NCBI GenBank assembly: GCA_964442045.1
Contig: CAYTWI010000004.1
Coordinates: 2,273-66,272 of the forward strand
DNA from: an uncultured Bifidobacterium sp.
GTDB lineage: Bacteria > Bacteroidota > Bacteroidia > UKL13-3
DNA: 64,000 bases
Direction of reading: 5' to 3'
Shown here piece after piece: positions 1 through 10,453 of this stretch. The notes beneath the pieces are model-generated. The model worked only from the letters and a program-made list of their open reading frames with translations, was not told where the DNA came from and searched no databases. The translations under genes were made by a program, and so were the position numbers. Numbering within the stretch: the stretch's first letter is position 1; each line of letters starts with the position of its first letter.

Positions 1-316
1 AACTTCTCCATCCTTGCCAGCCTGTTGTGTCAAAAGCAGCCCAACCTGTAATATCACTTTTAGGGTATTTATAAACTCTTACGCCATTACTATGGTTTGC
101 CTGTATGGCATAAAATTGCTGATCAAAGCTTCCTACTGTTGAAAAAGCCAAATCCCATGTTTTAATTTCCACGGTATCAACCATTCCTTTTTGTAAATTG
201 TAATAAACTTCATTACGGTAACTTGGACCCATAAATACCGAATCTGAAATCATTTGAGCTTTTAAATTAAATTGAATCATTTGCACAAATGCGTACAGTA
301 ACATTATTCTTTTCAT
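1..316 (-). CDS. Hypothetical secreted protein. Only the N-terminal part lies in the window (start codon at 314-316); the gene runs off the window start.
   Basis: Reverse-complement reading from 316 gives MKRIMLLYAFVQMIQFNLKAQ... It has a signal-peptide-like N-terminus and stays open to position 1. It is absent from the ORF track because it is truncated. Confidence 0.35.
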   Translation of the reverse strand, partial: MKRIMLLYAFVQMIQFNLKAQMISDSVFMGPSYRNEVYYNLQKGMVDTVEIKTWDLAFSTVGSFDQQFYAIQANHSNGVRVYKYPKSDITGWAAFDTTGWQGWRS

Positions 317-557
317 ATCTGTTTTTTTTGATTTTTTGAGCCGCAATGGTAGGGTCAATTTTTCGTTATTTAGAATCGTTCTAAAAGGAGTTACAAAACT
401 TTTACATCCATGACGGTTTTATTACAATTTGAACTTTTTAATCTCTTTTTAAAATACAGAAATCTATAAATATCTAATTATCATTACAATAAAATATTAT
501 GCTTATTTAGACTAATTAAAAATAACAAATATATTTGCCGACATAATTTTAAATAAC

Positions 558-887
558 ATGGAAAAAAATTTTGTTGCTATTAATTACATTCAATGTGAAG
601 CTGATTATAAAGCTCGATTTGAAGAACTATTTGCAAGTCGTGCTCACGCTATAGATACTATGCCGGGTTTTGTGGACATGCAAGTGTTAAAACCTAATAC
701 TGAAAACGATCCTTATTTGATAGTAAGTTTTTGGGAAAGTGAAGAATCATTTAAAACATGGACTACTTCGCCTGCATTTATAGAAGGTCACAAACGTGGA
801 TTTGAAGATATAAGACAAGCAAAAGCCGAAGGAAAAAAAGCGCCAATGACTTCTGACTTTAAAGTTTATAAAGTTATTTCAAGATAA
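558..887 (+). CDS. Antibiotic-biosynthesis-monooxygenase (ABM) domain protein, IsdG-like heme-degrading type
   Basis: 109 aa with a ferredoxin-like ABM fold signature (…FVDMQVLKP…YLIVSFWESEESFKTW…). The size fits the family. Confidence 0.65.
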   Translation: MEKNFVAINYIQCEADYKARFEELFASRAHAIDTMPGFVDMQVLKPNTENDPYLIVSFWESEESFKTWTTSPAFIEGHKRGFEDIRQAKAEGKKAPMTSDFKVYKVISR

Positions 888-888
888 G

Positions 889-1041
889 ATGAATAGTGCA
901 CAAATGGCCGATAATAAAAAAGTATTTGCCCGACTGGTTATCTGGTTTAAACGTATTGGCGTTGCGGGCTTTATATTCTTCCTGGTAAAAGGATTGCTTT
1001 GGTTAATTATACCTTACTTAATTTCAAAAGGTATATTCTAA
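889..1041 (+). CDS. Small hydrophobic membrane protein (50 aa), hypothetical
   Basis: ATG at 889 sits 1 nt after the ABM stop. Translation is MNSAQMADNKKVFARLVIWFKRIGVAGFIFFLVKGLLWLIIPYLISKGIF. It is followed by a strong terminator hairpin and is below the ORF-track size cutoff. Confidence 0.3.
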   Translation: MNSAQMADNKKVFARLVIWFKRIGVAGFIFFLVKGLLWLIIPYLISKGIF

Positions 1042-1062
1042 TCTCATTATCTACTATACAAA

Positions 1063-1099
1063 AAAGGCTGTTTCAAAATTACATTTGAAACAGCCTTTT
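1063..1099. terminator. Bidirectional rho-independent terminator hairpin (AAAGGCTGTTTCAAA…TTGAAACAGCCTTTT)
   Basis: Perfect 15-bp inverted repeat flanked by A and T runs. It lies between the convergent small ORF (+) and the S9 peptidase (-). Confidence 0.55.
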
Positions 1100-1120
1100 A
1101 AACATTTATACCAATAAAAC

Positions 1121-3052
1121 TTATTGTTTAACACTTGTAGCAACAGCACTGTCCCCAATATGCTTCGCTAAAAACTTCTCCATAGCTCCATAAAAATCAA
1201 ACTGGTTTTCTTCATTACCAAATCCGTGGCCTTCGTTATCTTTAACCATGTATTCTACCTGTATATTTCTTTTCTTCAAAGCTTCAACCATTTGGTCGCT
1301 TTCCGCTTTATTTACCCTTGGGTCGTTTGCACCCTGCGCTATAAATAAAGGTACAGCAATCTTATCAGCATGGTAAACCGGTGAAGCTTCACGCAATAAA
1401 GCAGTATCTTTAGTCGGGTTGCCCACCATTTCATACATCATATCTAAATATGGTTTCCAATATGGCGGAATGGTTTTCATAAACGTAAATAAATTAGATA
1501 CCCCAACATAATCCACTCCACATGCATATAAATTAGGTGTATAGGTTAATCCGGCCAAAGTAGCGTAACCACCATAACTTGCACCATAAATTGCTACACG
1601 TTTAGGGTCTGCTATACCCTCCTTCACTAAATATTCTACTCCATCGGTTATATCCTGTTGCATGGTTTTACCCCATTGCTTAAAGCTGGCTTCCCAAAAC
1701 TTGCGTCCGTAACCAGTTGAGCCTCTGAAATTCATTTGTAAAACAGCATAACCTCTGTTGGCTAAAAACTGCACTTCAGGATTCCAGCCCCACTCATCGC
1801 GTGCCCAGGGACCACCATGTGGATTAACTACTACCGGCAAATTTTTAGCTTCAACTCCTTTTGGTAAAGTCAGGTAACCATTAATGGTTAAACCATCTTT
1901 TGATTTATAGCTAATCGGTTTCATTTCACTCATGTGATTTTCATTTATCCATGGTGCTCTGTCGGCTATTTTTACTAAGTCATTTTTAACTACATCGTAA
2001 AAATAGCTTGTACCTAAAGATCTGTCGCTAATAGTACGCACCAATAATTTGTCTTCATTTTTATTGCTGCTTGTAATCATTATTTCATACTTATCACCTA
2101 GTTTCTCTTTCAGCTTATTATAAATGGCTTCTGTTTCTTTATCCAAATATTTGGTTTCTTCTTTAGCAGTTGTATAGCTAATTTCGGTTAATACTTTTCG
2201 CTTTTGCGAGTAGCTTAAATCTTCCACATCCACTTCCGGGTGCTCAAAAATCAACTCCATTTCTTTACCATTGGCTGCATCAAATTTTACTATAGCAGAT
2301 TTATCTCTTCCTAAGTTTGATGAAGCATATACATGCTTATTATCGAAAGTAAAAAACAATGGGTTTACGCTTTCTTTAAAATTGGTTGTCAATACCTTTT
2401 TAAATGGTTGCTTTACATCTTCTCTGTATAGCATTACGGTATTCACTCCATCTGACTGCATAGCTATGCGTACTACCCCATTGTGGTCGGTAATCCAGTT
2501 ACTAACACCACCCGGGTTTTTAGCTTCTAAAGTCAATGCACCTGTGTTAATGTTTAGTCTATATACATCAAACAATTCAGGGTTTTCTTTATTCATGCCA
2601 ATCAATACTTCATTTTCATTGCCTTCTAAATCATCAACTATTTGTACGTTTACTTTGGAAAAAGGTGTCAAATCTTTTTGGTTTTTACCATCCGCATCTA
2701 CAGCGTATAAATGAAAGTTTTCATCGCCACCATTATCGCGCATGTAAATAATACGGTTGTTGGTTTTCCAGAAATAACCCTGCACATCGCGGTCTTCAAT
2801 AAATGTAATTTGTGTTGTGTCTTTACCACCCAGTGTGCTTGTAAAAACATTCATCCTGTTCTTATAAGGTTTGGTAAATGCTATTTTATCTCCCACAGGC
2901 GATAACATAAAATAAGCAATATCCGGATTCTTAAAGAAATCCTTCAAAGGAATAATTGGTGCTTTTTCTGTCATTCTCGATTTGTTTTGGCACGAAAGTA
3001 CCAGGGTTAACAATACTAAAGGCATGATACCCCATTTAATTTTTTGTTTCAT
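1121..3052 (-). CDS. S9 family serine peptidase (prolyl oligopeptidase / dipeptidyl aminopeptidase type), lipoprotein signal
   Basis: 643 aa. The C-terminal alpha/beta-hydrolase has GASYGGY (GxSxG nucleophile elbow), …AQGANDPRV… (Asp) and …EGHGF… (His). The N-terminal region is propeller-like. The N-terminus LLTLVLSC matches a lipobox. Confidence 0.85.
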   Translation of the reverse strand: MKQKIKWGIMPLVLLTLVLSCQNKSRMTEKAPIIPLKDFFKNPDIAYFMLSPVGDKIAFTKPYKNRMNVFTSTLGGKDTTQITFIEDRDVQGYFWKTNNRIIYMRDNGGDENFHLYAVDADGKNQKDLTPFSKVNVQIVDDLEGNENEVLIGMNKENPELFDVYRLNINTGALTLEAKNPGGVSNWITDHNGVVRIAMQSDGVNTVMLYREDVKQPFKKVLTTNFKESVNPLFFTFDNKHVYASSNLGRDKSAIVKFDAANGKEMELIFEHPEVDVEDLSYSQKRKVLTEISYTTAKEETKYLDKETEAIYNKLKEKLGDKYEIMITSSNKNEDKLLVRTISDRSLGTSYFYDVVKNDLVKIADRAPWINENHMSEMKPISYKSKDGLTINGYLTLPKGVEAKNLPVVVNPHGGPWARDEWGWNPEVQFLANRGYAVLQMNFRGSTGYGRKFWEASFKQWGKTMQQDITDGVEYLVKEGIADPKRVAIYGASYGGYATLAGLTYTPNLYACGVDYVGVSNLFTFMKTIPPYWKPYLDMMYEMVGNPTKDTALLREASPVYHADKIAVPLFIAQGANDPRVNKAESDQMVEALKKRNIQVEYMVKDNEGHGFGNEENQFDFYGAMEKFLAKHIGDSAVATSVKQ

Positions 3053-3228
3053 GTTAAGTAATAATTTATCAGCAACTTATACTTTTACAATTGGCTTCCC
3101 ACTGGTATTTGATAAATGTTTAAATGACATGATAATTGGTAAACTTATTTTAGAGTGTTTACAAAGCAAAAAGGTTTGATTGTATATAACAACCAAACCT
3201 CTCATTTATTTAATATCAGAAATTTCTT

Positions 3229-4650
3229 TTAGTGTCCTCCGCCTTTCTCCAACTGGTCTTCATCTATTCCCTGTGTTTTTAAAATAGATTTAGCCTTCAT
3301 GGCAAAAAATGCCAGGTAAGCAAAACAAACAACCGGTATAATATAACTGGTGTGTATGCCAATTGAATCGGCTAACTTTCCTTGTAGTGGCGGAATAATA
3401 GCACCTCCTAAAATCATCATAATTAAAAATGAAGCACCCTGGCTGGTGTATTTGCCTAAGCCGGCAATAGACAAGGCAAAAATACAAGGCCACATAATAC
3501 TGCAGGCCAAACCTCCGCTTATAAAAGCATACAATGCAATTTGTCCTGTTGTCATTAAACCTATAACCATGGCAACAATACCAAAAACAGAAAACAGCAT
3601 TAGTGTTTTAGCAGGTTTTTCGTTACCCATAAAAAAGGCTACTACCAACGCTACTACACATAAAGCATATTTATAAAGCATGCTTACATCTTTACCACCT
3701 AAACTGTTTACAAATAATATTAATGCAAAAGCAACAAAAGGAACAATGGCTGTTAAAATTTGTTTGGTTTGTTTGCTTAAATCAAAAACAGCAACGGCTC
3801 CTGCCCAACGTCCTATCATTAAACTACCCCAATACAATGAAATAAAAGGTGCAATTTCTGATTCATTAAAACCACCAAAGGCTGACTCTTTTAACAAAGC
3901 ACCCATATTACTTTGAATGGAAACTTCAACGCCCACGTAAGTAAATATGGCTAACATACCATATACCAACTGAGGGTATTTTAAAGCGCCTGCACCGGGT
4001 TCAAATGCTTCCTGACTGGTAACATGCGGTAATTTGGCAAAGCTGAAAAATATAGCTACGGCTGCAAATACGCCTGCTAAAATTAAGTATAGTGAGTTAA
4101 TGGAAGTAATGGATACTTCAACCTGGCTACCTACTGAACCAAACAAGAAATAACCAACTACTATAGGACCTAAGGTAGTACCTAAAGAGTTAACACCTCC
4201 TGCTAAATTAAGCCTGTGCGCACCTGTTTCTGGACTACCTAATGCCACCACAAATGGTTGTGCCGAGGTTTGCTGTAAACTAAAGCCTAATGCTACAATA
4301 AAAAAGGAAGCTAATATGAATGGGAAGGAACCTATGTTTACAGAAGGAATAATAGCCAAAGCACCAACTACTGATATGAGTAAGCCATAAATAATTCCTT
4401 TTTTATAGCCTATTTTATTTAACACATCAACCTTAACTGTTTGCGATAAAATAAACAATAAGATGGAGCCAATAAAATAACCTCCATAAAAAGTAAAATC
4501 AATTAATTGTGACTGAAACTGGCTTAATTGAAAATGGCTTTTACAAAATGGAATAAATATTCCGTTAGAAGCCGCAACAAATCCCCAGAAAAAAAACACT
4601 GTTATCAGTGTATAAAGTTTTGACTTTTGGTTAGTACTTGAATTATCCAT
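3229..4650 (-). CDS. MFS transporter, L-fucose / glucose-galactose:H+ symporter (FucP/GluP) family
   Basis: 473 aa with about 12 predicted TM segments. The N-terminus (…[23 protein letters not shown]…) is typical of the FucP family. Confidence 0.7.
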   Translation of the reverse strand: MDNSSTNQKSKLYTLITVFFFWGFVAASNGIFIPFCKSHFQLSQFQSQLIDFTFYGGYFIGSILLFILSQTVKVDVLNKIGYKKGIIYGLLISVVGALAIIPSVNIGSFPFILASFFIVALGFSLQQTSAQPFVVALGSPETGAHRLNLAGGVNSLGTTLGPIVVGYFLFGSVGSQVEVSITSINSLYLILAGVFAAVAIFFSFAKLPHVTSQEAFEPGAGALKYPQLVYGMLAIFTYVGVEVSIQSNMGALLKESAFGGFNESEIAPFISLYWGSLMIGRWAGAVAVFDLSKQTKQILTAIVPFVAFALILFVNSLGGKDVSMLYKYALCVVALVVAFFMGNEKPAKTLMLFSVFGIVAMVIGLMTTGQIALYAFISGGLACSIMWPCIFALSIAGLGKYTSQGASFLIMMILGGAIIPPLQGKLADSIGIHTSYIIPVVCFAYLAFFAMKAKSILKTQGIDEDQLEKGGGH

Positions 4651-4818
4651 TAGCTATATTATTTTGGCAAGAATTAAATAAAATATTACAAAACAACAAA
4701 ATAAAGTTAACCACCTCAGGCTTCATAGGTTCTCTAAAACCATTACTGATGGTGTTGTTCATAGTAAATTAAAAGTTTGCTAGTTGTACCTAAAATATAT
4801 ATTTGCCTAAAAACTAAT

Positions 4819-5145
4819 ATGCAAATAAGCGAAGCTCAAAAACAGGTGGACGAATGGATAAAAACCATTGGCGTAAGGTACTTTAATGAACTGACTAATA
4901 CAGCTATTTTAATGGAAGAGGTGGGTGAACTGGCTCGCATTATGGCCCGTAAATACGGAGAGCAAAGTTTTAAAGAAAGCGACAAAAATAAGGATATGGC
5001 CGATGAGATGGCTGATGTATTATGGGTTTTAATTTGTTTAGCCAACCAAACGGGTGTTGACTTAACAGCAGCCTTTGAAAAAAACATGGCAAAAAAAACC
5101 AATCGCGATGCTACCCGCCATTTAGAAAATGAAAAACTAAAATAG
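4819..5145 (+). CDS. MazG-like nucleotide pyrophosphohydrolase
   Basis: Motifs EEVGELA…EMADVLWVL are characteristic of the MazG/NTP-PPase EExxE/DxxxD fold. The track ORF starts at a TTG at 4777; the first ATG is at 4819. Confidence 0.75.
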   Translation: MQISEAQKQVDEWIKTIGVRYFNELTNTAILMEEVGELARIMARKYGEQSFKESDKNKDMADEMADVLWVLICLANQTGVDLTAAFEKNMAKKTNRDATRHLENEKLK

Positions 5146-5198
5146 CTAAGGCTTGTTAATAAAAACAAGTAGCTGACTAAAAAGAACAATAAACCAGA

Positions 5199-5522
5199 AT
5201 GAAATACGAAAAACATATATTTATATGTGCTAACCAAAAAGGGGAAGGCAAAGCTTGCTGTGGGGAAGAACGCGGGATGGAAATAGTGCAAAAATTCAGA
5301 GAAGTACTAAAGGAACAAGGATTACAAGGACGTGTAAGGGCGCAACGTGCGGGCTGTTTGGATGAATGCAAAAACGGACCGGCATTGGTTATTTACCCGG
5401 AGGGTACTTATTATAAAAATGTATCGGTTGACCGTGTAGAAGAAATTGTAAAAATGCACGTGATGCAAAACAAAATTGTAAGTGACCTGGAATTAACATT
5501 TGAGGAAAAGAGTTCACTCTAA
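5199..5522 (+). CDS. Thioredoxin-like [2Fe-2S] ferredoxin
   Basis: 107 aa with the four-Cys pattern C-x4-C … C-x3-C (FICANQKGEGKACCGEE … CLDECKNGPALVIYPEGTYY), as in NuoE-like ferredoxins. Confidence 0.65.
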   Translation: MKYEKHIFICANQKGEGKACCGEERGMEIVQKFREVLKEQGLQGRVRAQRAGCLDECKNGPALVIYPEGTYYKNVSVDRVEEIVKMHVMQNKIVSDLELTFEEKSSL

Positions 5523-6299
5523 AGCACATTCTTTTAGGGCTACTATTATATCATAATCGTTGTAGTCCTTTTTAAGCAGCTTTGATTTGACACAATACTT
5601 TTTTATGTATTCTGCTTTCTTTTCGTTTACGCCTGTTACTTTAATAATATACTCTATACTTAACTTATCGTCCAACTGAACTGAATGGTTGTAAAGGTTT
5701 ATTATATTTAATAATTTTTCGTTGTTTTTGCCTTGCTTAGAGTACTTGTACCAGGTTCTGTAAATTAAACCCTCTACGCCAATTCCACTTTGCAAAATTA
5801 ATTTAGGCCTGGCCATTTCTCTATAATTTTCCTTGCGCCTGTTATTGTTTAACAAAGTATCGTGTTTCATTATTTCGGCCACAGCCGCAGCTAATGAATC
5901 GTTTTTATGCCTGCGTCTTACGTTCACATCTTTGAGCTGCACATCCTGGCGTTTTAAAGCAATTACAAAATTGATTGTTTCATAGAAAACCGCAGCCGAA
6001 ACAACTACCGTATCGGTTTTATAAGCCAAACGCGAAACAATTAAGCTATCGCCAATAGCTGCTTGAATAACAAATGCACCAAACTCATTGGCTGAATAGG
6101 TTTGTTTGGTATTGTTGTTATATATAATGGTAAACGAAAGTGTTTGCAGCTCGCCATTCTTCACAAAGCCTTTTAGTGTTTTAAGCTCTTTAACCTGAGC
6201 AATGGTATGGGCAAAGAAGAAGAAGAATAGTAAAGTAATAGTTAAACGCATAGGTACATATGTAAAAAACGGAATGGTTCTTATACGTTTCAATACCAT
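5514..6299 (-). CDS. Hypothetical secreted protein
   Basis: ORF with a signal-peptide-like N-terminus (…LTITLLFFFFFAHTIAQ). No recognisable catalytic motif. Confidence 0.4.
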   Translation of the reverse strand: MVLKRIRTIPFFTYVPMRLTITLLFFFFFAHTIAQVKELKTLKGFVKNGELQTLSFTIIYNNNTKQTYSANEFGAFVIQAAIGDSLIVSRLAYKTDTVVVSAAVFYETINFVIALKRQDVQLKDVNVRRRHKNDSLAAAVAEIMKHDTLLNNNRRKENYREMARPKLILQSGIGVEGLIYRTWYKYSKQGKNNEKLLNIINLYNHSVQLDDKLSIEYIIKVTGVNEKKAEYIKKYCVKSKLLKKDYNDYDIIVALKECALE

Positions 6300-6316
6300 A
6301 ATTGTTACCTCACTGC

Positions 6317-6886
6317 TTATAAATGAATCAATGTAAAGTCCAGTTTCTGGGCAAATGTTTTATAATAGGTTCTTATATATGCTTCAACCCTGCTTACATC
6401 TAAAAACTCCTGAAACAAATCGAGTAGCAATATATCAAATGCGGAACCTTCAATAAACTTTATCTCTTTTTTAAAACCGCATACACAAAGCGCATTTGTT
6501 TTACGAAGAAACTTTTTAACCAAACGCTTGTCCGTATTTAACACATGGCATGAGCCAAAATGTATAATTTTATTCTTGCAGCTATCACCCATCATTTCAG
6601 CTAATTCATCTAAACTAACCAATTCTTTACCTATTAAAATGCTACCGGGCTTGCCATGAAAAGCCAAATAACCTATGCTATATTTTGCATAGCGTTTCAG
6701 TTGCCACTGTTGCAGGTAATACTTTAAGTTTTCACGGGTACCGCAATGCCTGTGTATATAATCTATATTCCTGTTCTCTTTTAAAAAATCAAGCGCAGCT
6801 TTAACACTATTTTGCTTCAGTAAATTAGTGTTCCAATCTCCTTCCAAACAAAATATATCTTTGTCGTATGCCTGCGCTTTTTTCAT
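6317..6886 (-). CDS. Hypothetical protein (Cys/His-rich)
   Basis: 189-aa ORF with good coding appearance. No family recognised. Confidence 0.4.
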   Translation of the reverse strand: MKKAQAYDKDIFCLEGDWNTNLLKQNSVKAALDFLKENRNIDYIHRHCGTRENLKYYLQQWQLKRYAKYSIGYLAFHGKPGSILIGKELVSLDELAEMMGDSCKNKIIHFGSCHVLNTDKRLVKKFLRKTNALCVCGFKKEIKFIEGSAFDILLLDLFQEFLDVSRVEAYIRTYYKTFAQKLDFTLIHL

Positions 6887-6960
6887 TTACTGACAAAGAT
6901 ATAGCAAATTTGGGTAGGTGGGTAAACTATTAATGCGCCTTAATTGTAATATATTGCATC

Positions 6961-8283
6961 ATGATTTTAATTTTTGTAGCTGACCATCAATCGCCACGAT
7001 TAAATTATATTTTAGACGAGATATTGCATAAAAGGCTGGCTATTAAGTATGCACTTACTGACAATATTGATTATTTTAAGCACTCTCAGATGTCTAAAAT
7101 AAACTATTCGGATATGCTGATGGAGGATTGCTTAAATATACCGTCAGCTCTTTTATTATACGAAGAAAACATAAAGAAACAAACCATACAGGTAAAACAA
7201 AACGATCATTACCAATATACTTTTTTTGATATAACGCTTGATACATCGAGATTTATAGAAGCTCCCAAACAGATTATCCCCTTCGACATTTTTGCCGCCA
7301 GTTTTTATTTGCTGAGTCGTTATGAGGAATATGTATTAGAAACCTTTGATATACACAACCGATTTAAAGCGGAACATAGTCTGGCTTACCAAAACAACTT
7401 TTTGCAAATACCATTGGTTGACCACTGGGCTAACGAGTTAGGAAAAACCATTAACCATTACTTTAACCATATTCAATTCCAAAACAATACCTACAAGGCC
7501 ATTCATACTTTTGATGTTGATTTTGCCTATAAATACAAGGGTTTATCAGCTACACAGTTTTATAAAAAAGCTTTGGGCAATTTGTTGCGTTTTGATTTTG
7601 CTGAATTACAAACCCAGTTTTTGAAAGACAAACCTGATGCTTACGATACGTATCAATTGATATATGACAGTATTGCGCAATATAATTTCGAAACTATTTT
7701 TTTCTTTCTGCTAGCCGAGACAAATACCACTTACGATAAAAACTTATTGCCAAGCAGCACCATTTATGAAAAGCTGATACTGACCATTAATGGCAAATAC
7801 AATATTGGCCTGCACCCTTCTTATTACGCAGGATTGGGAGCCAACAGCATAGCTCATGAAAAACAAATTTTAGAAGATATTATTCATAAGCCGGTTGAGC
7901 AAACCCGTTTTCACTTTTTAAAATTCCGTTTACCTAAGTCGTACACTTATTTAATAAATGCGGGTTTTCATAGTGATTATTCCATGGCTTATTCTACCCA
8001 TATTGGTTTCAGGGCAAGTACTTGTAAACCCTTTCATTTCTTTAACCTAGCTGAAAATACTGCCACCAAATTGCAAGTGTTTTCACCTTGTGTAATGGAT
8101 GTAACATTGAAAAATTATTTACAGCTAAGCCCGGCACAAGCGCAAGATAAAATTAACAACTTGCAGGAACAGGTAAAAAGTGTGAATGGTATTTTTATGA
8201 GCATTTGGCATAATTCCAATCTCATAGATTCGGAAGGATGGACCGGATGGAAAGATGTTTGGCTAAAAATGGTGAGCGCTTAA
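6961..8283 (+). CDS. Hypothetical protein; weakly resembles a polysaccharide-deacetylase-like fold
   Basis: 440-aa ORF. …HTFDVDFAY… loosely resembles NodB motif 1. Low certainty. Confidence 0.35.
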   Translation: MILIFVADHQSPRLNYILDEILHKRLAIKYALTDNIDYFKHSQMSKINYSDMLMEDCLNIPSALLLYEENIKKQTIQVKQNDHYQYTFFDITLDTSRFIEAPKQIIPFDIFAASFYLLSRYEEYVLETFDIHNRFKAEHSLAYQNNFLQIPLVDHWANELGKTINHYFNHIQFQNNTYKAIHTFDVDFAYKYKGLSATQFYKKALGNLLRFDFAELQTQFLKDKPDAYDTYQLIYDSIAQYNFETIFFFLLAETNTTYDKNLLPSSTIYEKLILTINGKYNIGLHPSYYAGLGANSIAHEKQILEDIIHKPVEQTRFHFLKFRLPKSYTYLINAGFHSDYSMAYSTHIGFRASTCKPFHFFNLAENTATKLQVFSPCVMDVTLKNYLQLSPAQAQDKINNLQEQVKSVNGIFMSIWHNSNLIDSEGWTGWKDVWLKMVSA

Positions 8284-8297
8284 ACAAACCTATTAGC

Positions 8298-8864
8298 TCA
8301 TTTTTGTAATAAACGCTCAATCACTTTTGGAAAGTTAGCCATTTCCAGTTCATGAATTTTGTGGGCAATGCTATCAGGCGTATCGTTTTCATTTAATCCT
8401 GCTTTTGCCTGGAAAATCGGTGCTCCCTCATCATAGGCTTCGGTAACATAATGAATGGTTATGCCTGTTTCTATCTCACCCGCATTTTTAACTGCTTCAT
8501 GTACATGCATACCATACATACCTTTACCTCCGAATTTTGGCAATAATGCCGGATGTATATTTATAATGGCATTTGGGTATGCTTTTACCAAATAAGCTGG
8601 TATCAGCCATAAAAAACCGGCCAAAACTATTAAATCTGCCTGTTGCTCCTGTAATAAGGATAAAAAATATGGCTCGTTCTGGAAATCGGCTTTGGAAAAA
8701 ACGTAACAGGGTATGTTAAATTTTTTCATGCGTTCTATTACCCCTGCATGGGCATTATTGGTATAAACAGCTTTTACTTTTACACTGTTACTGCCGGCAA
8801 AATAAGCAGCTATATTTTCTGCGTTGCTTCCGCTACCTGATGCAAATAGAATGATGTTTTTCAA
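8298..8864 (-). CDS. purN: Phosphoribosylglycinamide formyltransferase
   Basis: 188 aa. The N-terminal FASGSGSN motif and the formyltransferase core …INIHPALLPKFGG…G…HV… identify PurN. Confidence 0.85.
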   Translation of the reverse strand: MKNIILFASGSGSNAENIAAYFAGSNSVKVKAVYTNNAHAGVIERMKKFNIPCYVFSKADFQNEPYFLSLLQEQQADLIVLAGFLWLIPAYLVKAYPNAIINIHPALLPKFGGKGMYGMHVHEAVKNAGEIETGITIHYVTEAYDEGAPIFQAKAGLNENDTPDSIAHKIHELEMANFPKVIERLLQK

Positions 8865-8875
8865 ACGCTATAATT

Positions 8876-10360
8876 TTAAAACTCCAGTTCTGTTTTTAAT
8901 GCTCTCTCTAAAAACAAATTAGCATTGCCATTGCCATTTAATAAATGGATAGGAAGACTTAAAAATAATAAAACGGGCTTATTGGTTTTCAATGAAATTC
9001 GTTTCGACATTACATTGGATTGTCCTGTCCACGGATTTACACCGCTTGAACCTTGTGTAATTAACTGTGCGCTGTACAAGGTATCATAAGTATTGGTTCC
9101 ACTTGCTGTTAAAGGTGAAATAAACGGACGTGCATTGGATATAATAGCACTTGCCTTTAATACCGGCCAGGTAAGGTCTTTGGCTGTCATTACCGCATCA
9201 ACATTCATCCTTAACACAGAACCATCAGTTGTATTAACCAACTGCTGAATAGGCGTAAAACCAAAATAAGGAGAAGTGCTTCCAAAATCGGAACCGAAAC
9301 TGCACATCATGAACATAGTTCCACCATTGTTAAAAAAAGCATCGGTTGATTGTTGCGCCAATGCTAACGTATTTGCGGCAGCACCTTCATCGCTTATCCA
9401 GATAATCCTGCTGAAAAAATTAAATACCCTACCCTGAGTTAATTCATCACACGATTGTTCGGTGAGTGATCTGTATGCAGTACTATAATCATTCAGCAAC
9501 AAAGTATCAATTACCGGAGCAAATGAAGTAATACGTGAGGCTATAAAATTAAAAGGTAAATTACGTGAAGCCAAATAAGCATTTACAAACAGTACTTTCG
9601 ATTTAGGCTTTTTTATAAAAATTGAATCTTTGGCAAATACTGATTTTGAACCTGCTTTATCAATGGCTCTTACATAAAAATAATTCCATACATCGTATTT
9701 TACACCTGTTATTTTTATATCCTGTGCCTTGGTTCTGGTTCCTGTATATACAAAACAGTCGTTTGAAAAGCTTGTATCAGCCACTATGGAAACATCGTTT
9801 ACATTAGATGCCAGTAAATAAGGTGCATTATTGGTATCGTTCAAATAAACTTCAAAGCCGTTTATATCCTGCGGACCATCAGCATCGGTAGCTGTCCAGA
9901 AAAACCTTACTGCCGGAAATGACTTGATAGGCTTTTTACCGGGGATACCTGAAACAACAGTTACCGGAGCTGTATTTTTAACAGGATATAATAAAGAAGC
10001 TGGTGTTAAATCCCTTTGGCCTAAATTATCAACGGCTCTTACGTAAATATCCAAATCGGCAGTATCACTACCAAATGGAATAACCAATAAAATATTGCTG
10101 TCTAAACTGGTTGTATAGGTCCATGTATGCATGCTGTCAATTGACACCTCGTAACCAACTACATACCCGTTTTGAGAGGTTCCCCACCAATAAGCATCTA
10201 CACGGGTGGTTAGCCTGTTTTCGCCACTGCGTTCAATTTTACTAACCGCCATGTATGTTTCAGGCGCAGGGTTGTTGTCAAAACTTCCTTCGTACCCTTT
10301 TTTACAAGCGTAAGCAGTTACTATTAACAATAAAAATAATATGTATTTAAAACAATTCAT
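8876..10360 (-). CDS. Hypothetical lipoprotein
   Basis: The likely start is MNCFKYILFLLLIVTAYAC (lipobox Cys). About 495 aa with no recognised domain. The track ORF extends to 10399. Confidence 0.45.
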   Translation of the reverse strand: MNCFKYILFLLLIVTAYACKKGYEGSFDNNPAPETYMAVSKIERSGENRLTTRVDAYWWGTSQNGYVVGYEVSIDSMHTWTYTTSLDSNILLVIPFGSDTADLDIYVRAVDNLGQRDLTPASLLYPVKNTAPVTVVSGIPGKKPIKSFPAVRFFWTATDADGPQDINGFEVYLNDTNNAPYLLASNVNDVSIVADTSFSNDCFVYTGTRTKAQDIKITGVKYDVWNYFYVRAIDKAGSKSVFAKDSIFIKKPKSKVLFVNAYLASRNLPFNFIASRITSFAPVIDTLLLNDYSTAYRSLTEQSCDELTQGRVFNFFSRIIWISDEGAAANTLALAQQSTDAFFNNGGTMFMMCSFGSDFGSTSPYFGFTPIQQLVNTTDGSVLRMNVDAVMTAKDLTWPVLKASAIISNARPFISPLTASGTNTYDTLYSAQLITQGSSGVNPWTGQSNVMSKRISLKTNKPVLLFLSLPIHLLNGNGNANLFLERALKTELEF

Positions 10361-10453
10361 TCGTATCTTAAAATTGGCATCAAACATACATAAATACAAG
10401 CAATTGAAACGGTATTTTGATAAATTTAACTATTAGGTAAACCAGCTTTGAGT

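Noticed and set aside
2271-2905. Track ORFs antisense to or overlapping the S9 peptidase (2271-2714, 2711-2905, 2982-3179), plus analogous antisense ORFs inside fucP, fabG, the big T9SS gene, the arg genes and others
   Set aside because: They are fully embedded in well-supported genes on the opposite strand, have low-complexity or odd composition, and no motifs. They are typical shadow ORFs.
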